Shown here: piece after piece, positions 20,701 through 26,401 of the stretch
Position numbering within the stretch: the first letter of the stretch is position 1
Layout of the letters: every line of letters begins with the position of its first letter
NCBI GenBank assembly: GCA_047602425.1
Contig: JASGHG010000001.1
Span: 2,240,001 to 2,304,000 of the forward strand
Direction of reading: 5' to 3'
Source of the DNA: Nibricoccus sp.
Lineage (GTDB): Bacteria > Verrucomicrobiota > Verrucomicrobiia > Opitutales > Opitutaceae
DNA length: 64,000 nucleotides
The notes under the pieces: model-generated
The model's input: the letters and a program-made list of their open reading frames with translations, nothing else
Database searches by the model: none
What the model was told of the DNA's origin: nothing
Program-made: the position numbers and the translations under genes

Positions 20701-20927
20701 AGACCCTGAAGCGAAACGGATAGAGGGTAGGTGATCTGGTCTTCCACTTCCTGCGGCGAGCGCCCCGGCCAGTCGGCGTAGACGATCACCTGGTTTTCCG
20801 ACAAATCGGGAATGGCGTCGATCGGGATGGTGCGCAGCGCGAAGAATCCCCACGCACAAAGGCCTAGAAAGGCGCTTAGGACGAGAAAGCGGTTGTGGAG
20901 CGACCAAGTGATGATGCGATTGATCAT
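17715..20927 (-). CDS. cusA: Heavy-metal efflux RND permease, CusA-type
   Basis: DAIPDLSENQVI, LGPDATGLGWVYQY, FMPTLEEGSLLFMP, TDPAPIEMIETTI and RLRPKVMT, as in the CusA/SilA subgroup. Confidence 0.9.
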   Translation of the reverse strand: MINRIITWSLHNRFLVLSAFLGLCAWGFFALRTIPIDAIPDLSENQVIVYADWPGRSPQEVEDQITYPLSVSLQGLAGVKTVRATSMFGFSFLTVIFDDKIENYFARTRVLERLNSLGNLLPEGIAARLGPDATGLGWVYQYYLKDQSGQQDLGSLRTLQDTFIRYQLAAVPGVAEIGSLGGFVRQYQVEVSSLKLKQFGVPLGEVMDALGASNLNVGGKTIEENGAEYIVRGVGLVGKISDLESIPLMPRNGTPLYLRDVARVEIGGDFRRGTLDVNGREVVGGIVVMRYGENAYKVINDVKAKLAAIAPGLPKGVTVESFYDRSDLIERAIDTLKHALTEEVILVTLAHILFLFHFRSILIVTLPLPASILISFILMKEFGIPSHIMSLTGIAISIGVLVDAGIVMTENVIRHCEIAEEHLKRRLTAAETFKETLEAATQVGRPMFFSMAIIILAFVPVFLLSGQEGKLFHPLAYTKSFALLGATLLAITAVPVFCTLLVRGPFKPEHENWLMKFLLKAYNPTLDWALTHRKTVLSLAFTLLVTCLVIAFGLPRAMNSWLHKAAPSVAKHTEGFGSEFMPTLEEGSLLFMPVLLPATSLTEVKRIMAWQDKVISQHPEVVSVAGKLGRSETATDPAPIEMIETTIMLKPQKDWRPGVTKQQIIGELIERLTAVPGYVPGFLQPIENRILMTSTGIRAQVGVKIFGDNLDALQQKAFELERIITAISGATGVAPSRVQGKPYLEIEANRAEMGRYGLKMADLFRYVETGLGGTTVATTIKGRERWPIQVRLDRADRDDIEKIGDLVIPTPSGAYVPLKQVATVKRVIGPNEIASENGRLRVYVQANVNERDLGGFVDEIKERVGKELKLDPGMTIEYSGQYENQIRARETLKIVFPIVLLIIFGLLVMTFHSISEAAHVILAVPFALTGGVLLQHFMGFNFSVAVWVGYIALFGTAIQTGVVMVVYLEEAIAKKRAEVGRELNHDELLGAIKAGARLRLRPKVMTVATTVASLLPIFWSSRTGAEIMQPLAAPVVGGMLSSLVHILIVTPVIFAWLRERSLPKPARVKI

Positions 20928-20956
20928 TTAGAAAATGGAGGTCAAACCTCGAAAGG

Positions 20957-21064
20957 GCCACAGGAGAGCGCAGAGCTCGGACACAGAGGGCACTGAGAAT
21001 CGCGGGTAGGCCGGGTTTGTCAGACTCTGTGAACTCTGTGTCATCGCTCTGTGTTCTCCGTGGC
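20957..21064. repeat. CACAGAG/CTCTGTG imperfect inverted-repeat element between cusB and cusA
   Basis: Left arm 20957-20997 and right arm 21025-21064 are about 40-nt imperfect reverse complements built from CACAGAG units. Confidence 0.8.
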
Positions 21065-21080
21065 GAAATTTGTCTTTAGG

Positions 21081-22730
21081 TTATTTTATTTCTTCACCGC
21101 AGTCGGACATGGCGGAGCCGAAGAAGGGATTGCGCATCGGTTCGCCGCGCTGGAGCCAGCGGCCGGTGCCGAGGACGGGAGACATCGGACATTGATAAAT
21201 TTTCACCGCACCGGAGTGGTGCAGATGAGCGGTTTTCGCGAGGTCGGCCACTGCGGTGCTGAAAACTTCGAATGAGCGTCGAGCCGCTTTGATGTCAGGA
21301 GAGGCTTTCAGTCCCTCGGTGAATTGTGCGAGCGGGCCTTTGGCAGCGTCGGGCGACGACTTCACATAGGCCGCGAAATTTGTCTGAAGGCTGGGAATGA
21401 GCTTTTGATATTTCTCCAAATCATCGCTCGCAAGTGCGTCGGCCGCATCGGCCGCGGCGAGGACGAGCGGTTTTAGCGTCTCGATGTCGGCAGCGTGTTC
21501 TTCGGCCATGGGTTTTTCCGACGCCGATTCTCCGCTCGCGCTGTGCGCGAGTTGCGCCTGACCGTCGAGAAGCAGAGCGCCCTGGGTGACGACACGTTCA
21601 TTTGCATGCAGTCCGCCGCGGACCGAATAGTATTCGTCGCCTGCCGCGGCGATTTCGATGGTGCGCGGTTCGTACACACCGCCGCCTTTGTCAACGTAGA
21701 CGAGCGGCTTCGCTTGTGTATGCAAAACGGCACTACGCGGGACGAGTGTGGAATCAGGAACTTCGACCCGTACGTGGCCGGTGGCCGTGACACGGTGGAG
21801 CAGTTTCCGCTCGGCATTGTCGATGACCACGCGAACACGCGCGGTGCGAGTCATGGGATCGAGGTTCGGGTTGATGAAGGTGATTTGTGCGCCAAAGACT
21901 TCGCCGGGGCGCGAAGGCGTTGCCACCTCGACGTGCTGCCCCACGCGCAGCCAGGCAAGGTCGGACTCATAGGCGTCGAACAAAAACCACATCTTGGAAA
22001 AATCCGCGATCGTGAGAATGGGCGCGCCGGTCATGACATAGCTGCCTTCGTAGGCATTGCGCTCCAAAACCGAACCACCGACAGGCGCCAGAATTTCAGT
22101 CTCGCGGCTCACCGTTTCGGCTTTGGCGAGCGCGTCGATCTGCTCGGAGAGAAGGCCGAGACGAAGGAGCTTTTCGCGGGCGGCCGCGGCGAGGGGCGAA
22201 TCGCTGCCACCTTGCGCGAGCGCGTGGAACTCCTGTCGCACCTGCAATAATTCAGGCGAATAAACGAGCGCGAGTGGCTGGCCGGCGGCGAATTCCTGTC
22301 CGACTTGGTTCACAAAAAGCTTTTCAAGCCGAACCTCGGTATAGGCGGAAACGATGCGGTGGCGCGTATCGTCGTCCTCGATCGTGCCGGTGACACGAAG
22401 CGTGCGGGTGAGCGGGCCGGTTTTGACTTCGCTGGTCTGGACTCCGATCACGGAGGCGGTCGCGGGCGTGAGAGTGACGAGCCCGTTTTTTGTCTCGAAG
22501 CCGGCGTCACCCTCGTAGACCGGCACCAGGTCCATGCCGCAGATCGTGCATTTGCCGGGTTTGTCGGACTTGATCCACGGATGCATCGGACTTTGGTAGA
22601 ACTTGATCGTACGTCCGCCGGCCGTTGCCGAACCAGTCGCAGAGGCATGATCGCGTTTTGCGATAAAGAATCCGGCGCCGCCGGCGACGGCGGCCGTGAG
22701 AAGGACGATTAGAAAAGTTTTGGCGTTCAT
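21081..22730 (-). CDS. cusB: RND periplasmic adaptor, CusB-type, with an N-terminal heavy-metal-binding domain and a C-terminal DUF3347-like domain
   Basis: YQSPMHPWI...PGKCTICGMDLVP, MFP core (YSPELL, LDPMTRTARVR) and C-terminal YQCPM...NPFFGSAMSDCG. Confidence 0.88.
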   Translation of the reverse strand: MNAKTFLIVLLTAAVAGGAGFFIAKRDHASATGSATAGGRTIKFYQSPMHPWIKSDKPGKCTICGMDLVPVYEGDAGFETKNGLVTLTPATASVIGVQTSEVKTGPLTRTLRVTGTIEDDDTRHRIVSAYTEVRLEKLFVNQVGQEFAAGQPLALVYSPELLQVRQEFHALAQGGSDSPLAAAAREKLLRLGLLSEQIDALAKAETVSRETEILAPVGGSVLERNAYEGSYVMTGAPILTIADFSKMWFLFDAYESDLAWLRVGQHVEVATPSRPGEVFGAQITFINPNLDPMTRTARVRVVIDNAERKLLHRVTATGHVRVEVPDSTLVPRSAVLHTQAKPLVYVDKGGGVYEPRTIEIAAAGDEYYSVRGGLHANERVVTQGALLLDGQAQLAHSASGESASEKPMAEEHAADIETLKPLVLAAADAADALASDDLEKYQKLIPSLQTNFAAYVKSSPDAAKGPLAQFTEGLKASPDIKAARRSFEVFSTAVADLAKTAHLHHSGAVKIYQCPMSPVLGTGRWLQRGEPMRNPFFGSAMSDCGEEIK

Positions 22731-23977
22731 TGGGTGACGTCTTGTGCGGTCAGAAAATCGTAGGAGGCGGTGGCTTGGGCGTGTTCGCTGCGAACCTCGA
22801 CCAGCTTCATTTCGGTTTCGAGCAGGGCGCGCTGGGCCATGACGACCTCCAGCAATGGCGCCTGACCGCTCTCATAGGCACGGTGCTGAGTGGCGGCTTG
22901 CTGCTGTGCGAGGGGAAGAAGTTCGTTGCGGTAGCGGGCGATCTGCGTGGCGGTGATATTGATGCGTTGGATCACGCCTGCGACCATGCCAGCGAGTTCG
23001 CTTTCGGTCATTTGCACCTCGGCGCGCGCGGCGGTGATCATGCTGCGCGCTTCGGCGCGCTGGGCTTTGTTGCGCTTGTCGTTAAACCAAGGCACGCTGA
23101 ACGCCACGCCGGTGTCGTAACTGGAAATCACGTCGCCACTGCGATTCATCTGGCGGCCACGCACCATGATTTCAGGATCGATCGCACGATTTTTTTCCGC
23201 GATGGCGAGCTGGGCCTCGGCCGCTTTCACGCGGCGCGCGGCGCGAGCGAGCTCCGGATTGTGAAGGCGGGCGTGGGCCAGCGCTTCGGCGGGCGTGATC
23301 GAAATCGGACGAGCCTCAGGCAGGTTGAGAGGCGCGATCGCGGTCGCGGGCTCTCGCAACATCAAGGCGTTGAGTTTGCTGACGTCTTCTACGCGCATCG
23401 CGGCGAGATCGGCCTGTTCGGCATCGAGTCGCGCGAGTTCGGCCTGCGTGGTGATCAGATCCGCCTGCATGCGTTGACCGCGCTCATAAGCCTGGCGGGT
23501 CAACGTCACGGTTTGACGAAGGAGCGCGCGGAGACGTTCGTTAACGGCGGCTTTTGTATCGACAGCGGCAATACGCAGGTAGGCGGTGCGTGCCTGGTTG
23601 AACAAGTCGCGTTCGCGAACGGCGATGGCGGCATCGGCGACTCCGGCTTCCGCTGCGGCGGCTTCGGAGCGGAGTTTGTTGCGACGGCTCAGCGGAAGCT
23701 CTTGCGAGGCGGTCACCTCGATTTCCGAGTAAGTCGCGAAGCGTAACGTATCCTCGCGACGCCACTCGACTCCAACCTTCGGATCCATCCAAGCTTTTTC
23801 CTGCGCCACGCGCGCCCTCATGGCTTCGGCTTCGGCGCGCGAAGCGGCGAGCGCTGGATGATGTGTGCGAATGGCGGAAAAAACATCGCCGAGCGTCAGC
23901 GGCGGCGGCGGTTCTTCAGCGGCCATGGTGCTGGCGAACAGCACCGTGGCGAGAAAGCTTAAGGCTGGGCGTCGCAT
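22727..23977 (-). CDS. TolC-family outer-membrane efflux protein (CusC/CzcC-like)
   Basis: Signal peptide and OEP repeats (HHPALAAS, AYERGQ, AYESGQ); overlaps the cusB start by 4 nt. Confidence 0.85.
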   Translation of the reverse strand: MRRPALSFLATVLFASTMAAEEPPPPLTLGDVFSAIRTHHPALAASRAEAEAMRARVAQEKAWMDPKVGVEWRREDTLRFATYSEIEVTASQELPLSRRNKLRSEAAAAEAGVADAAIAVRERDLFNQARTAYLRIAAVDTKAAVNERLRALLRQTVTLTRQAYERGQRMQADLITTQAELARLDAEQADLAAMRVEDVSKLNALMLREPATAIAPLNLPEARPISITPAEALAHARLHNPELARAARRVKAAEAQLAIAEKNRAIDPEIMVRGRQMNRSGDVISSYDTGVAFSVPWFNDKRNKAQRAEARSMITAARAEVQMTESELAGMVAGVIQRINITATQIARYRNELLPLAQQQAATQHRAYESGQAPLLEVVMAQRALLETEMKLVEVRSEHAQATASYDFLTAQDVTQ

Positions 23978-23983
23978 GGAAGA

Positions 23984-24322
23984 TCAGGCCTTTTTCTTTT
24001 GAGCGGCTGCCTCGTCGATCAGCTTCAGATACTTGGCGGGATCTTTTTTGAATTTGCCAATGCACATCTTGCAGCAGAAGCGCACGAGGCGGTCGGGTTT
24101 GCCTTCTTCTTTATGGATATAGTCGATGGGTGTCCCCATCTCGCCGAGCTTTTCGCCCGAAACGACGCACGTATCAAGCGGGTAGGCCGCGGTGTCGGCA
24201 GCTGCGATCAATTGCACCGATGTCGGTTTGGCGGCACAGCAACCGCCGCAGGAGGAATCGCCGGCGGCGAACGCCAGGGAGGCGAGGGAGACAAAAGGGA
24301 GGAGGAGGAGTGATTTTTTCAT
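23984..24322 (-). CDS. Small exported YHS/TRASH-like Cys-rich metal-binding protein
   Basis: Signal peptide MKKSLLLL..., CGGCC, CVVSGEKL and FCCKMCIGKFKKDPAKYL. Confidence 0.8.
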   Translation of the reverse strand: MKKSLLLLPFVSLASLAFAAGDSSCGGCCAAKPTSVQLIAAADTAAYPLDTCVVSGEKLGEMGTPIDYIHKEEGKPDRLVRFCCKMCIGKFKKDPAKYLKLIDEAAAQKKKA

Positions 24323-24349
24323 ATGGGAATAAATGCGGAACAGCCTCCT

Positions 24350-24376
24350 TACGCCCGACAACTGGCGAAACCCTCA
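24350..24376 (-). promoter_or_regulatory. Putative ECF-sigma promoter of the efflux operon
   Basis: Minus strand TGAGGG-TTTCGCCAGTTGTCGGG-CGTA (17-nt spacer). Confidence 0.75.
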
Positions 24377-24393
24377 AATATTTTGAATAAATC

Positions 24394-24420
24394 TGAGGGG
24401 TGCGCTTATCCTCAGGTGTA
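24394..24420 (+). promoter_or_regulatory. Putative ECF-sigma autoregulatory promoter
   Basis: TGAGGG-GTGCGCTTATCCTCAGG-TGTA (17-nt spacer). Confidence 0.72.
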
Positions 24421-24440
24421 CGGTGAGCAAAGAAATCATC

Positions 24441-24746
24441 ATGAATCCAAATCCGAACGACGCAGAACTGGGGCCGCTGCTCCGGGAAAATTTTCAGGTT
24501 GGGCCCGCAAAAACCCCCGCGTTTCGTGCTGAGGTGTGGGCTCGCATTGAGGCCAGGCGCCGGGCTCCCGTGACTTGGAGCGCATGGCTGCGACTGAATG
24601 CGATGCGTTTTGCCCTGCTCACGATCGCTACGATAACAATTGGCAGTGTCGGTGGCGGCTGGATCGCCAAAGCCCAGACCGACCAAAACCGCGAGCAGCT
24701 GGTGCGGCAGTACCTCGCGAGCATCGATCCGCACCAGAAAATCTAA
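24441..24746 (+). CDS. Small single-TM putative anti-sigma factor (CnrY-like position)
   Basis: About 100 aa: short N-terminal cytoplasmic part (FRAEVWARI), one TM helix and C-terminal YLASIDP. First gene of the operon with the sensor and ECF sigma. ATG 24441 fits the promoter position. Confidence 0.65.
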   Translation: MNPNPNDAELGPLLRENFQVGPAKTPAFRAEVWARIEARRRAPVTWSAWLRLNAMRFALLTIATITIGSVGGGWIAKAQTDQNREQLVRQYLASIDPHQKI

Positions 24747-24757
24747 GCCGCACACCG

Positions 24758-25261
24758 ATGAAATTCCGCTGGATCGCCGCCTTTTTGATTTTCGCCCTTG
24801 GGTTGGTAGCGGGTGGTTCGACCTATCTTTGCTTCCGCAAGCCGCTGCCGGTGGCATCCGCGGGAGAGGATGCGTCGCTTCTTTGGCTGCGCTCGGACTT
24901 TAATTTACCTGCGGACAAGATGGCGCGCATCGCTCAACTGCACGAAGCCTATCGGGGAATCTGCGACGAGCATTGCCGCCAGATTCGCGAAGCACGCGTC
25001 ACTGTGAAAAAAATGCGCGCCGCCTCGGCCGAGCATTGCGACATCGTCGCCGCCGAAGCAAAAGTGGCCGATCTGGACCGCGTGTGTGTTACGAGCCTGG
25101 AGGCCCACCTGCGGGAAATTGCCGGCGTGATTGGCGGTAATGAAGGAGAGCGTTATCTTGCCGTCGTGTTGCCACGCATCGCGCATTTTGATCATTCCGG
25201 AGCGCCGAACCTTAATCTAGACACCACGGACAAGACGCATGACCACCACGCCCATCACTGA
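24758..25261 (+). CDS. Membrane-anchored periplasmic heavy-metal sensor (CnrX-like)
   Basis: N-terminal TM, helical domain WLRSDFNL...LHEAYRGICDEHC, additional Cys residues and His-rich tail THDHHAHH. Confidence 0.7.
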   Translation: MKFRWIAAFLIFALGLVAGGSTYLCFRKPLPVASAGEDASLLWLRSDFNLPADKMARIAQLHEAYRGICDEHCRQIREARVTVKKMRAASAEHCDIVAAEAKVADLDRVCVTSLEAHLREIAGVIGGNEGERYLAVVLPRIAHFDHSGAPNLNLDTTDKTHDHHAHH

Positions 25262-25841
25262 GACGGGCACGCCGACGGATGAGGACCTGATGGTGGCGCT
25301 GCAAGGAGGCCAGGATGCAGCGCTTGCTTCGCTCATGGAGCGCTGGGAACTTCCGGTGAAAGCATTTCTCCAGCGCCTCGGTGTTCCCGCGGCCGACGTG
25401 GAGGACGTGGCACAGGAAGCATTCGTGAAACTTTACGAAACACGGGCGCGGTTTCACGCCGGCTCGGCTTTCAAACCATGGTTACTCACGCTCGCAGGCA
25501 ATCTCGGGCGTAATCGGTTGCGGTGGAGATTCCGGCGGCGCGAAGACAGCATCGAGGCTATCGACGCGGCTCAAGCTGGCGGTTTTCAACCGGCTGATCC
25601 CACGGCGATGACAGGCGCGGTAGTCGCGGAAAAAAACGCGCTCCGGCAGACGGTGCGCGCAGCGGTGGAAGCGTTGCCGAACAATTTGCGAGAGGCAGTC
25701 GTGTGCGTGGAACTGGAAGAAATGAGTTACAACGACGCTGCACAGGTCATGAAATGCTCAACCAAGGCCGTGGAAACCCGGCTGTACCGTGCGCGGCAAT
25801 TGTTGCGCACGACGCTGCAGAGCTGGCTGACGAAAGAGTGA
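25239..25841 (+). CDS. ECF RNA polymerase sigma factor (CnrH-like)
   Basis: Region 2 (DVEDVAQEAFVKLY, FKPWL) and region 4 (MSYNDAAQVMKCSTKAVETRLYRAR). Confidence 0.9.
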   Translation: MTTTPITETGTPTDEDLMVALQGGQDAALASLMERWELPVKAFLQRLGVPAADVEDVAQEAFVKLYETRARFHAGSAFKPWLLTLAGNLGRNRLRWRFRRREDSIEAIDAAQAGGFQPADPTAMTGAVVAEKNALRQTVRAAVEALPNNLREAVVCVELEEMSYNDAAQVMKCSTKAVETRLYRARQLLRTTLQSWLTKE

Positions 25842-25875
25842 GCGATGACGGATGCGACTTGGGGGAGGCCGACAT

Positions 25876-25910
25876 AAAAATAAGGGCGCCGGATGTTGGC
25901 GCCCTGGTTT
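25876..25910. terminator. Probable bidirectional terminator
   Basis: AGGGCGCC-GGATGTT-GGCGCCCT stem with an A run on the left and TTT on the right, between convergent genes. Confidence 0.65.
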
Positions 25911-25924
25911 GAGAATTTCGCGAA

Positions 25925-26224
25925 TTAGGATTTCGCCTTGGTCGCGCAGCAGCTCATCGAGCTGTCATTGCAGTCGGAACAATCCATGTTCGTGCTGACG
26001 ACCTTGCGGATCGGAAGGCCGCGCGGGCCGGTGGTGACCTGAACCACCTCGGTGACTTTGCACTTCGAAGTGGGGGTCTGGGCAGCGGCATCGCGCGCGG
26101 CTTTGGCAGATCGGGCGACGGCGCCCACGCGGGTGAAATAGTCGGCGCCGGGACCGGCGCTAAGCGAGGAGGAACCTAGAGCGACCAGTGCGACGAGGGG
26201 CAGAAGAATGCGGAAGGATTTCAT
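25925..26224 (-). CDS. Small exported Cys-rich hypothetical protein
   Basis: Signal peptide and C-terminal CSDCNDSSMSCC; preceded by the same ECF promoter motif. Confidence 0.75.
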   Translation of the reverse strand: MKSFRILLPLVALVALGSSSLSAGPGADYFTRVGAVARSAKAARDAAAQTPTSKCKVTEVVQVTTGPRGLPIRKVVSTNMDCSDCNDSSMSCCATKAKS

Positions 26225-26269
26225 GAGAGGGTGTTTTGATTGTTTTGGTGAATTAACTTCGAGTCACCT

Positions 26270-26296
26270 TACACTCGGTTATTGGCGAAACCCTCA
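26270..26296 (-). promoter_or_regulatory. Putative ECF-sigma promoter of the small Cys-rich gene
   Basis: Minus strand TGAGGG-TTTCGCCAATAACCGAG-TGTA, nearly identical to 24350-24376. Confidence 0.75.
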
Positions 26297-26401
26297 GGAA
26301 TTCCTCAGAAAACCTGCGACAAGAAATGAGAGGCGCCATGTAGCTTTGCCTCGTTTCGAAACGGCGCCGGCGGCGCGCCACAATCGAGCCCGACTAACAG
26401 C

